This document shows positions 40,484 through 49,583 of a stretch of DNA of 64,000 nt, in pieces. The position numbers and the translations under genes were made by a program. Source of the DNA: Planctomycetota bacterium (GTDB taxonomy: Bacteria; Planctomycetota; UBA1135; UBA2386); contig OZ245006.1 of NCBI GenBank assembly GCA_965223545.1, positions 7,520,001 to 7,584,000 on the forward strand. The letters are read 5' to 3'. A model generated the notes under the pieces. That model was not told where the DNA came from. It saw only the letters and a list, made by a program, of their open reading frames with translations, and searched no databases. Within the stretch, counting starts at the first letter, position 1. Each line of letters begins with the position of its first letter.

Positions 40484-41543
40484 CTTCGAGAGCTACCGGC
40501 GCGACCGCAACAAGCGGCGCCTGCGCGAAGACGGTCTGCGCGACCTCGGCGCGAAGGGCGAGGTGATCCGCCAGCTCGAGGCGGTAGAGGAAGAGGCCAC
40601 TCGCAACGCCCAGCTCGCGCGCGAAGCGACCGAGTTCTTCGCGGACGCCACCCGAACGGCGGCGGGGGTCGTGCAACAGATCAACGACGATCGCGAGGTC
40701 GAATCGCGGGAGCGGATCGGCGGCGACGTCGAGGAGTTCTTGGGCGAGGTGCGCCGCACGGCCGAATCGTGTGTCCGTTCGTTGGCGGAGGGACGCTCGA
40801 GCGGCGGCGCCGCCCGCGCCAAGGCGGCGACGGCCCCCGTCGTGGAGGACGAGCCAGAAGCCGAGGCGCCGCCGCCGCCGAGCCAACTGCCCGAGCGGCC
40901 GCGCAACGGCACCGGTGGCCGGCGGCCGACCTCGGTGATGCCGGTGTTCCGCGATGGCGAGTCGAATCCGCTGCAGGATCTCGCCGCTGCCGCGGCGGAG
41001 CCGATGCCCGCCGCGTCGGCTGGCGAAGCGACGGCGGAGATCGCCGATGCCTTCACCGAGGCCGAGATCGCGGCGGATACGGACACGGCGGCTGCCGGTG
41101 GTGCCGCCGCTGACGGCGAGACCGGGGAGGCCGGCAGTGTGTCTTGGCCGATGAGCTTCGGCGAGGTGGATCTGGCCGGCGCCGGCGCTGGCGCCGTGGC
41201 CGAGGACGAGCCGGAGGCTGCGCCCGATGTCGCGACGACCGACGCCGCAGATTCCCCCACCGACTGGGCCGCGGGGCTGGCCGCGGCGCCCAGCGGAGCG
41301 TCGACCTCGCTGGACGACTACCTGCTGCCGGCGTTCGAGTCCGAGGAAAGCGAGCCCGAGCCGACCCCGGCGCCGGATTCCGGCGACGATGCCGCGCTGG
41401 CCGAGGATGCGGGCATCGGCGTGCAGGTGCTGCGCTCGTTGCTCACCGATCCGGAGCGCTTGCGGGCGGCTCTGCGCGCGCTGCTGCAGGCCGACGTGCT
41501 GACGCCGGAGGAAGCGCGCGACGTGGCCCGTGCATTGATCTGA
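40452..41543 (+). CDS. Hypothetical protein: N-terminal coiled coil, long acidic low-complexity linker, short helical C-terminus
   Basis: Open frame with coding-like third-position GC; A/E/D/P-rich middle. Confidence 0.6.
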   Translation: MPMTNSDLSHDFESYRRDRNKRRLREDGLRDLGAKGEVIRQLEAVEEEATRNAQLAREATEFFADATRTAAGVVQQINDDREVESRERIGGDVEEFLGEVRRTAESCVRSLAEGRSSGGAARAKAATAPVVEDEPEAEAPPPPSQLPERPRNGTGGRRPTSVMPVFRDGESNPLQDLAAAAAEPMPAASAGEATAEIADAFTEAEIAADTDTAAAGGAAADGETGEAGSVSWPMSFGEVDLAGAGAGAVAEDEPEAAPDVATTDAADSPTDWAAGLAAAPSGASTSLDDYLLPAFESEESEPEPTPAPDSGDDAALAEDAGIGVQVLRSLLTDPERLRAALRALLQADVLTPEEARDVARALI

Positions 41544-41566
41544 GAGATCGCGGCCGAGGCCTAGTC

Positions 41567-42412
41567 CTAGGTCAGCGCGATCCGCCGCGCGATCCAGCGC
41601 GCCGGCAAGATCGCCGCCAGCACGGCGAAGCTCTCGACGAAGCGGTGCGCGCTCATGCAGAGCAAGCCGGTGTACACCATCGTGCCGAGCAGCAGCCAGG
41701 TCATCGAAGCGCGCAGGCTCCCGCGGTCCCACTGCGGCACGCGGGTCACGCGCAGCACGAACAGCAGCGCCAGGACCCCGCCGATCGCCGCCGCCGGCCA
41801 CGGGTGGGGCATGCCGAGCAGGGCCAGCGCGGCGGCGATCGGCGGTACCAGCTGCACCGACTCGGCGGTTCGGTGCCGCACCTGCCGCTCGTCCTCGAGG
41901 ATGCCGACCACGGTGACCGCGACGATGTAGCAGGCGTAGACCGCGGCCGCGATCCAGACCTCGCGCGGCGGCGAGGCCAGCGTCAGCACGATCGGTCCGG
42001 CGGCCAGGTTGAGTCCGCGCAGAAGCCCCATGTTGAGCGCCCCGGCCCAGTGGTTGTGTTTGACGGCGTAGTTGTAGGCCAGCACGAGAGCCGCGAGCGT
42101 GGCGTGGAACGGCGACCACGGCGACAGCGCGATGCCGGCCGCCAACAGGACGACGCCGAGTCCGAGGGCCGCGCCGGCGGTGATCTCACCGGCCGGAATG
42201 GGGCGCTCGGGTCGGTGCACTGCGTCGCGCTTCCGGTCGGCGTGATCGTTGAGCACCATGCCGGCGGCGTAGACGCAGACACTGGCGGCCGCCGCGCGTG
42301 CTCCACCGGCGCCGATGGGCAGGCCGGCGAGGCAGAGGCCAGCGACTACGTCGGCCGCCGGCGAAAACAAGGTGCCCGCGCGCAGCAGGCGGAGGTAGGC
42401 CAGAGCGGACAT
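41567..42412 (-). CDS. UbiA-family prenyltransferase
   Basis: YLRLLR, GMVLNDHADRKRD...RPERPIPAG, GLLRGLN, multiple TM helices. Confidence 0.88.
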   Translation of the reverse strand: MSALAYLRLLRAGTLFSPAADVVAGLCLAGLPIGAGGARAAAASVCVYAAGMVLNDHADRKRDAVHRPERPIPAGEITAGAALGLGVVLLAAGIALSPWSPFHATLAALVLAYNYAVKHNHWAGALNMGLLRGLNLAAGPIVLTLASPPREVWIAAAVYACYIVAVTVVGILEDERQVRHRTAESVQLVPPIAAALALLGMPHPWPAAAIGGVLALLFVLRVTRVPQWDRGSLRASMTWLLLGTMVYTGLLCMSAHRFVESFAVLAAILPARWIARRIALT

Positions 42413-42438
42413 CGGGGCGTCGGGCGCGAGCGGCCTCT

Positions 42439-44223
42439 TCAGGGCAGCTTCAAGATGTCGTTGTAGGTGACGAACACCAGCAGCGCGACGATGAATGCGA
42501 GGCCGAGAACCTGGCTGTAGTGGAACACGCGTTCGCTGACGGGCGACCCCTTGATGCCCTCGATGAGGACGAACATCAGGTGGCCGCCGTCGAACATCGG
42601 GATCGGCAGCACGTTGATGAACGCCAAGTTGAGGCTGAGCACCGCCAAGAAGTAGAGGAAGCGCTCCCAGCCCGCCTGCGCCAGCGCGTAGCTCACGCGG
42701 GAGATGGTGATGATGCCGCCGAGGTTCTTGGCGGCGACCTCGCCGGTGAACAGCTTCTTCAGCGTCACGTAGAGCCGCTTGATCCAGTCGAACGAGCAGA
42801 CCAAGCCGGCCTGCAGGGCACCGCCGAACGACTCTTCGCGGATGATCTCGCGCACCGGTGTCAGCTGGGCGACGAAGCCGAGGTCGTTCTGCCGGCGGGC
42901 GGGTACCAGGGTGAGGGAGTGCTCCTCACCACCGCGCCTCACGACCAGCTGCAGCGGGCCCGCGTCGCTCTGTCCAACCGCGGCGCGGAGGTCCTGCCAG
43001 CTGCTCAGCGCGACCCCGTTGATGGCGACGATCTCGTCGCCGGCGACCACGCCGGCGGCTTCCGCCGGCGAGTCGGGGTCCGGCGTCACCGCCGTGCTCT
43101 TCGGCGCGTGCGCCAGGCCGACGTGCGCGGCCAGGGCGGTGCGCGCCGCGGCGTCGGCCTCGGCCTCGAGCACGCGGGTCTCGCCGTCGCGCAAGACCGT
43201 CATGCGCAGCACTCCCGGTGTCGCGGCGACCGTCAGCGTGCCGCCGGCGAAGGGTTCCCCGTCGATGCTCTGGATGCGATCGCCGACCCGCAGATCGAGC
43301 GCCCGCAGCAGCGGCAAGCCGTCGCGTAGGCCGGCGACCTGCCGGTGCGCGGCGCGCACGCCGAGCATCGGCTGTGGCAGGTCGACCTGGCCCGGAGTGT
43401 ACTGCAAGGTATGCGCGCGGCCGTCGCGCAGCACGGTCAGCTCCACCGCGCCGTCGGAGAAGCGCGTCGGTAGCTCCACGTCGACGTAGCTGTAGGCGTC
43501 CACCGGCGTCCCGTTCAGGGCGACCAGCGTGTCACCCGTGCGCGCCCCGGCAGCGTAGGCGGGCCCCCGCGCGTCGACGTCGAGCGTGACCGCGGTTTCC
43601 ACCGCGCTGCGCACGCCGATCGTGTAGATGCCCTGCTCGCCGTCGTAGGCGGGATGGACCGTCGCGGAGTACTGTTCGCCGTCGCGCTCGACCATCAGGT
43701 CGACTGGGCGGTCGCCGGCGAGCGCGATCTCGACGTGCAGGTTGTCGAACGAGTAAGTCTCTTTGTCGCCGACTTGCAGGATGCGGTCGCCGGTCTGCAA
43801 GCCCGCCTGCCACGCCGGGCTGCCGGCCGCCACATCGCCGAGCATCGGCGCATCGAACTCCACGCCGGCGCGGAACACGATGGGGAAGGCGACCAGGGCG
43901 AACAGCAGGTTCATCAACACGCCGCCGGCGAAGAACATCGCGCGCGCCGGAATGCTCTTGGAGTGCAGATCGCCCTCGGCGTCGATGCGCGAGGCGGTTG
44001 GGTCCTCGCCGGCGACGCGCACGTAGCCGCCGAGCGGCACCAGCGACAGCCGGTAGTCGGTATCGCCGCGGCGGAAGCCGGCCAGCCGCGGGCCGAACCC
44101 CAGCGAGAACACCAGCACGCGGACGCCGGCGAGGCGCGCGCACATGTAGTGGCCGGCCTCGTGGATGAACACCAAGAAGCCGATGCCCAGAGCGGCGAGC
44201 AGAATGAAGTAGAGTTGCGACAT
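42439..44223 (-). CDS. rseP: RIP metalloprotease RseP (M50) with multiple PDZ domains
   Basis: HEAGH, FSLGFGP, PLGGYV, several SPA..AG...GD PDZ units, NVLPIPMFDGG; downstream of dxr. Confidence 0.93.
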   Translation of the reverse strand: MSQLYFILLAALGIGFLVFIHEAGHYMCARLAGVRVLVFSLGFGPRLAGFRRGDTDYRLSLVPLGGYVRVAGEDPTASRIDAEGDLHSKSIPARAMFFAGGVLMNLLFALVAFPIVFRAGVEFDAPMLGDVAAGSPAWQAGLQTGDRILQVGDKETYSFDNLHVEIALAGDRPVDLMVERDGEQYSATVHPAYDGEQGIYTIGVRSAVETAVTLDVDARGPAYAAGARTGDTLVALNGTPVDAYSYVDVELPTRFSDGAVELTVLRDGRAHTLQYTPGQVDLPQPMLGVRAAHRQVAGLRDGLPLLRALDLRVGDRIQSIDGEPFAGGTLTVAATPGVLRMTVLRDGETRVLEAEADAAARTALAAHVGLAHAPKSTAVTPDPDSPAEAAGVVAGDEIVAINGVALSSWQDLRAAVGQSDAGPLQLVVRRGGEEHSLTLVPARRQNDLGFVAQLTPVREIIREESFGGALQAGLVCSFDWIKRLYVTLKKLFTGEVAAKNLGGIITISRVSYALAQAGWERFLYFLAVLSLNLAFINVLPIPMFDGGHLMFVLIEGIKGSPVSERVFHYSQVLGLAFIVALLVFVTYNDILKLP

Positions 44224-44225
44224 CG

Positions 44226-45368
44226 TCAGTGCAGCATGCGCATCGCCGCGCGCCGGGCCGCCTGGTCGGCAGCGTGCACGTCGGCCAGAGTCGCGACCGG
44301 CTTTGGCGAGTGGTCTCGCACGACCGCGGTCACGGTGTCGGTGATCGCGGTGAAGCGCGCCTTGCCGTCCAAGAACATCCCCGTCAACACTTCATCGGCA
44401 GCGTTCAGCACCGCACCTGAGTCGCCGCCCGCGCGCAGGGTGTCGTAGGCCAGCGGAATGGCGGGATAGCGCGCCTCGTCGACCGCCGCGAAGGTCAATT
44501 GCGAGAACGCGACCGGGTCGAAGGGCTCGAACTCGAACGGCACCCGCTCCGGATAGGCCAGACAGTAGAGGATCGGAACCCGCATATCGGGGCGGCCCAG
44601 CTGTGCCAGCATGCTGCCGTCGACGAACTCGACGATCGAGTGCACGATGCTCTGCGGGTGGATCAGGACGCGGATCTGGTCCGGCTCGAGGCCGAACAGC
44701 CACCGGGCTTCGAGAATCTCGAACGCCTTGTTCATCATCGTCGCCGAGCCGATGGTGATCCGCGGCCCCATTTCCCAGGTCGGATGGCGCAGCGCTTCTG
44801 CCGGCGTGATGTCGGCGAACGTGTCGAGCGCGCGCTCGCGGAACGGGCCGCCGGAGCCGGTCAGGTAGATGCGGCGCACCTTGCCCCGGTCCTCGCCCTG
44901 CAGGCACTGGAACACGGCGCAGTGCTCCGAGTCGACCGGCAGGATCGGCGCGCCGCTGTCGGCCGCCAGCTGCATCAGGTAGTCACCGGCGACCACCAGC
45001 GATTCCTTGTTGGCCAGCGCCAGCGGGATGCCGCGGCGCAATGCCCACTCCGACGCGGGCAGCCCGGCGGCGCCGGTGATCGCGTTGAGCACGATGTCCG
45101 GCTGGCCGGCCTCGAGGGCTTCGAGGACACCGTCCGCGCCGCGCAGCCACGCGCTGTCGGCGCTCTCGTCGCCCTCGCCTGCCACCAGGCAGACGGCGAC
45201 CGGTTCGAAGCGCTCGACCTGCTGCTGCAGGGCTTGCGCGGACCGGTGCGCGGTCAGGGCGACCACCGAGAAGCGCTCCGGCCGGTCGGCGATCAGCTGC
45301 AGCGCCTGACAACCGACCGAGCCGGTGCTGCCGAGGATCGCCACGCGCTTCGGGGTATGGTCGCGCAC
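44226..45368 (-). CDS. dxr: 1-deoxy-D-xylulose-5-phosphate reductoisomerase
   Basis: ILGSTGSVG, LANKESLV, PVDSEH, HPTWEMG, MNKAFE, HPQSIVHS, PDMRVPI. Confidence 0.97.
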   Translation of the reverse strand: MRDHTPKRVAILGSTGSVGCQALQLIADRPERFSVVALTAHRSAQALQQQVERFEPVAVCLVAGEGDESADSAWLRGADGVLEALEAGQPDIVLNAITGAAGLPASEWALRRGIPLALANKESLVVAGDYLMQLAADSGAPILPVDSEHCAVFQCLQGEDRGKVRRIYLTGSGGPFRERALDTFADITPAEALRHPTWEMGPRITIGSATMMNKAFEILEARWLFGLEPDQIRVLIHPQSIVHSIVEFVDGSMLAQLGRPDMRVPILYCLAYPERVPFEFEPFDPVAFSQLTFAAVDEARYPAIPLAYDTLRAGGDSGAVLNAADEVLTGMFLDGKARFTAITDTVTAVVRDHSPKPVATLADVHAADQAARRAAMRMLH

Positions 45369-45432
45369 GACTTCGCTGGTTTATGGTCTCGGCCTCGCCC
45401 GGGCAAACTCAACACCGAAAACCGCCGCCACC

Positions 45433-45963
45433 ATGTCCCGCCGCTGGGAAGACCGCGCCGCGTTCTGCATCGTGTGCGGTGCGCCCCTGCACCGGCGGGA
45501 GGCCTACGGCCGGCCGCGCAAGTGTTGCACCCGCTGCGACTACGTGCAGTTCCGCTCGCCGGCCTGCGCCGCGGGAGTCGTGGTCGCGCGCGGCCGGGAG
45601 GTGCTCCTGATCCGCCGCGGGATCGAGCCCTACCGGGGCGCGTGGGGCATCCCGGCCGGGTTCCAGGACTACGACGAGGAGCCGGAGGCCGCCGCGGTGC
45701 GCGAAGTGCGCGAGGAGACCGGCCTGGAGGTGCGGCTGCACCGCCTGCTCGCCGTGTGCTACACGCGCGACGACCCGCGCAATCGCGTCAACGTCGCGAT
45801 CTACCTCGGCGAGGCCGTTGCCGGCGAGCTGGCGGCGGCCGATGATGCGGTCGCGGCGTGCTACTTCTCCTTGGATGCACTGCCCGAGCCGATCGCCTTC
45901 GACAACAACCGCGCGGTGCTGCGTGAGCTGCGCCGCCAGTGTCCCACCGGGAGCTTGCTTTGA
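45433..45963 (+). CDS. NUDIX hydrolase with N-terminal zinc ribbon
   Basis: FCIVCG...CTRC; Nudix box AGFQDYDEEPEAAAVREVREETGL. Confidence 0.9.
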   Translation: MSRRWEDRAAFCIVCGAPLHRREAYGRPRKCCTRCDYVQFRSPACAAGVVVARGREVLLIRRGIEPYRGAWGIPAGFQDYDEEPEAAAVREVREETGLEVRLHRLLAVCYTRDDPRNRVNVAIYLGEAVAGELAAADDAVAACYFSLDALPEPIAFDNNRAVLRELRRQCPTGSLL

Positions 45964-46997
45964 GCGAACCATCCTCCGCCTATCGCCAGGCCGGCGTCGA
46001 CATCGACGCCAAGTACCAGGCCGTGCAGAGCAGTCGCGAGGCGATCCGCTCGACGTACACGAAGGGCGTGGTCGGCGATGTCGGGCAGTTCGGCGGCATC
46101 TTCGATCTCGCCGCGGCGGGCGCCGCGGGTCAGCTGCTGGTGGCCTCCACCGATGGGGTCGGCACCAAGGTCAAGGTCGCCAAGGCGGCGGGCCGGCTCG
46201 CCGGGGTCGGCGCCGACCTCGTCAACCACTGCGTCAACGACATCCTCGTGCAGGGTGCGCGGCCGCTCTTCTTCCTCGATTACATCGCCGTGGCGCGCAT
46301 GGTGCCCGAGGAGGTGCGCGCGGTGCTCGGCGGCGTCGCCGCGGCGTGCCGCGAGAACCAAACCGCCCTGCTGGGTGGCGAGACGGCGGAGATGCCGGGG
46401 GTCTACCGCGACGGCGAGCTCGACGTCGCCGGCACCATCGTCGGCTGCGTCGCGCGCGAGCGGGTGCTGGACGGCAGTCGCGTGGCCGCGGGCGACGTCC
46501 TGATCGCGCTGCCCTCCTCCGGCCTGCACACCAACGGCTACTCGCTGGCGCGCCGGGTCGCGTTCGAACAGCTCAAGCTCGGTCCGGACGACCGGCCGTC
46601 GGTGCTGGCCGGAGCAACCGTCGCCGACGCGCTGCTCGCGGTCCACCGCTCCTACTTGGCCGCGGTCTGGCCCCTTCTCGAGGCGGACCTCGTGCACGCC
46701 ATGGCGCACATCACCGGTGGCGGTCTCTACGACAATCTGCCGCGCGTGCTGCCCGCCGGGGTCGGGGTCGAGATCGAGCGCGCGGCGATGCCGCGTCCAC
46801 CGGTGTTCGAGCTCTTGGTCGACGGCGGCGAGATCGACGAGGTCGAGGCCTACCGGGTCTTCAACATGGGGTTCGGCATGGTTCTCATCGTCGACCCCGA
46901 ACACGGCGACGCGGTGCAGGACCGGCTGCGCGCCGCCGGTGAAGATGCCCACCGGGTCGGCACGGTGGTCGCGCGCGAGGGTGTCGAGCTGCGCTGA
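45960..46997 (+). CDS. purM: Phosphoribosylformylglycinamidine cyclo-ligase (AIR synthetase)
   Basis: YRQAGVDI, STDGVGTK, PLFFLDY, GGETAEMPG, SSGLHTNGYSL, HITGGG, FNMGFG. Confidence 0.97.
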   Translation: MSEPSSAYRQAGVDIDAKYQAVQSSREAIRSTYTKGVVGDVGQFGGIFDLAAAGAAGQLLVASTDGVGTKVKVAKAAGRLAGVGADLVNHCVNDILVQGARPLFFLDYIAVARMVPEEVRAVLGGVAAACRENQTALLGGETAEMPGVYRDGELDVAGTIVGCVARERVLDGSRVAAGDVLIALPSSGLHTNGYSLARRVAFEQLKLGPDDRPSVLAGATVADALLAVHRSYLAAVWPLLEADLVHAMAHITGGGLYDNLPRVLPAGVGVEIERAAMPRPPVFELLVDGGEIDEVEAYRVFNMGFGMVLIVDPEHGDAVQDRLRAAGEDAHRVGTVVAREGVELR

Positions 46998-47012
46998 AAG
47001 GCGGTGTGAGCG

Positions 47013-47984
47013 GTGGTGGAGTGGCAGCGGGACAAGCACGGGTTGGCGGCGGCGCCGCTGCGCGCCGCGCTGATCGTGGCGGCGCTGGGCGCCGGTGGCT
47101 TGACCGGGCAGGAGGTCACCGTCGGGCTGCAAGATGCCTACCAGCGCGCGCAGGAGCTGGCCGTGGCAGGCGCGCCCGAGGAAGAACAGCGCGACGCCTA
47201 CGCGCGGGCGTGGAGTTCGTACGCGCGCCTCGATCCGAGCAGCGACGCGGCGCGGGAGTGGTTCGCCGCCGCGGTCTACAGCGCGATTCGCGCCGGTGAG
47301 GCGGCGCGCGTCGCGGCGCTGCTGCAGCAGCGCGTCGACGCCGGCGATGTCGACGCGGCCACCGTCGAGTGGTTGCTGCGGGCGCACCTCGCCGCCGGCG
47401 CCGCCGACCCGGCACTGCGCGCCGTGCGGCGGCACATCGACGCGCACGGCGATCTCGTGCACCGCGTGTTGGTCGAGCACGGTGGGCTGGCCGGTCTGGG
47501 GGCAGCGGCGGTGGCGGGTGGCTGGTTGCGGCGGGGGGACACCGACGCGGCGATGTGGTTGTTCGAGTTCGCCGTCGAGAGCTCGCAGCGGCACGCCTTC
47601 GACTTGGCCAACCTGGCGTTGGCCAACCGCCACATCGGCCGGATCGAGGACGCCGAGTCGCTGTATCGCGAGGCGTTGGAGGCCGCGCCCGACGACGCCA
47701 TCCTGTGGAACGACTGGGCTTTGTTCCTCAAGGGGACGGGGCGGCCGGCGGAAGCGGCGGAGGCGCTGGAGCGCAGCCGGCAGTGTGAGCAGCCGCCCGA
47801 CACCGGGCCGGCGACCACCAATCTGCTCCTGCTCGCACTGGGTCGCGGCGAGGGGGTTGGGCCGGCGGTGGGGCAGATGGCAGTGGTGCTGGCCAAGCGA
47901 CCCGCGGCTGCGTTGGCGCGGCGCGCCCTTCTGCAGGGGGTCGCCGCGGATTGGCACCGCGGCCTCGGCGCCGCGCGGCGATGA
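47013..47984 (+). CDS. TPR-repeat exported protein
   Basis: Leader-like N-terminus; LANLALANRHIGRIEDAESLYREALEAAPDD and WNDWALFLKGTGRPAEAAEAL TPR units. Confidence 0.7.
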   Translation: MVEWQRDKHGLAAAPLRAALIVAALGAGGLTGQEVTVGLQDAYQRAQELAVAGAPEEEQRDAYARAWSSYARLDPSSDAAREWFAAAVYSAIRAGEAARVAALLQQRVDAGDVDAATVEWLLRAHLAAGAADPALRAVRRHIDAHGDLVHRVLVEHGGLAGLGAAAVAGGWLRRGDTDAAMWLFEFAVESSQRHAFDLANLALANRHIGRIEDAESLYREALEAAPDDAILWNDWALFLKGTGRPAEAAEALERSRQCEQPPDTGPATTNLLLLALGRGEGVGPAVGQMAVVLAKRPAAALARRALLQGVAADWHRGLGAARR

Positions 47985-48235
47985 CCGTAATCGTTCCGCC
48001 GACGTAACAGGTCGGTCCCCGCCGGCGATCCTTCCGGGCTGGATTCCCTCGGCGCGGTCGTCACGTCGGGATAAGCTCGTGCCGGACCGATGCCTGAAGG
48101 ACGCGAACCGACGCGCCTCCGGTGAGGTTGGCGCGCGGTTTGCACCAACGATTCGCCGGGATGGTTGCGGCGCGTGGTTGGCGCCCCCCGCCCGCGGCAT
48201 CGCTTCCACCGAGAATCTGCCAATAGGAGCCAACG

Positions 48236-49570
48236 ATGGTGTTCACCGCAGTCGCCTTGACGCTCGCCCTACTCGCCCCACAGGACCCTCCGGGCGACCC
48301 GCGGCTGACGTCGGTCCTCAAAGCCAGCGAGATCAAGAAGCTCAATGGCCTGGCCGTGAAGTGGTTCCAGGCGCGTCAGCGCTACGATGAGGAGACCGAA
48401 GCCCAAAGCTTGGTCAAGCTCAGCCAGCTGACCTCGCGCGCCAAGGAGAAGTTCATCAACGAGTGGGAGAAGCGCGACGCGCCCCTGCAGCACGTCGGCG
48501 ATGTGCTGGCCGTGTTCGCCAACGTGTTCGACTACGACAACGAGTCGGGCACCGGTGAGATGCGGTTGCGCAAGGAGAAGGGGGCGTTGCAGGACTACTA
48601 CGCGGCGATCCCCCGGGGCTACCGCGGCAAGGAAGCCATGCGGTGTCTGCTGCAGCTTCCGGCTCGCGAGGACGACGCCACGATCAGCGCGGAGGACTTC
48701 TACGAGGCCACCTGGAAGGGCACCGAGTTCGCCGAGTCCACGCTGGTGCTCGCCCCGCAGATGCCGGAGACGGCGCTCGACTACCTGGGCGATCTGTCGA
48801 CGCCGGATGGTGATGCGCGCGAGTCGGACTACATCCGCGCCGTGCTCGGCGCTGCGGGCGAGGCCCAGCGCCAGCTCAACATGGACCGCGGTCGCTTGAT
48901 CCTCGATTGCGGCGAGGGCGCCGGCGCCTTCGGTCTGCGGTTGGCGAGCTACTTCCCGGCGCGCTTCGCCGGCGTCATCGTCCGCCACCCCGTCGACATG
49001 GGCGCGTTCCGCATGGCGAGCTTGGGCGGGATGTCGGTGTGCTTGATCTCGTCGGCCGAGACTGCCGAGGCGGCCGGCAAGATCAAGGAGGCCCTCGACG
49101 CGCTCGAACCGGGCGCGTGCACCGTGCTCGAAGCCGAGGGCGAGGCCCCGTACGGCGGCATGCACGAGGCGATCGGCAAGTGGGCCGAGGGTGTGGAGCG
49201 CGACCTGTTCCGCAGCAAGGTGACGTGGGCGCCGAACAACGATCGGTTCCGCAAGGCCTACTGGGTGACCGTGCCGCTGTTCGAGACCGCGTTCGGCCCG
49301 GCGGAGTTGCAGCCGTTCCTGTCGGCGGAGGCCGACCGCGACTCCAACACCATCCGCATCGAGGCGAAGAACATCACCGAGGTCTCCCTGTTCCTCAACG
49401 ACGCGCTGATCGATCTCGACAAGGAGTTCACCGTCGTGGTCAACGGCAAGGCGCTGACCGAGAAGTTGGAGCGCAACTTCCACAACATGACCGACTGGAT
49501 GTTCAACCGCTTCGACCCCGGCTACATGTTCACGACGACCTACACGACGGCCGTGCCCGAGGCCCAGTAG
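48236..49570 (+). CDS. Exported alpha/beta-hydrolase-like protein
   Basis: Signal peptide; YYAAIPRGY, LVLAP, NMDRGRLIL, YFPARFAGVI; C-terminal LFLNDALIDLDKEFTVVVNG. Confidence 0.55.
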   Translation: MVFTAVALTLALLAPQDPPGDPRLTSVLKASEIKKLNGLAVKWFQARQRYDEETEAQSLVKLSQLTSRAKEKFINEWEKRDAPLQHVGDVLAVFANVFDYDNESGTGEMRLRKEKGALQDYYAAIPRGYRGKEAMRCLLQLPAREDDATISAEDFYEATWKGTEFAESTLVLAPQMPETALDYLGDLSTPDGDARESDYIRAVLGAAGEAQRQLNMDRGRLILDCGEGAGAFGLRLASYFPARFAGVIVRHPVDMGAFRMASLGGMSVCLISSAETAEAAGKIKEALDALEPGACTVLEAEGEAPYGGMHEAIGKWAEGVERDLFRSKVTWAPNNDRFRKAYWVTVPLFETAFGPAELQPFLSAEADRDSNTIRIEAKNITEVSLFLNDALIDLDKEFTVVVNGKALTEKLERNFHNMTDWMFNRFDPGYMFTTTYTTAVPEAQ

Positions 49571-49583
49571 GCGTTTTCCGCGG

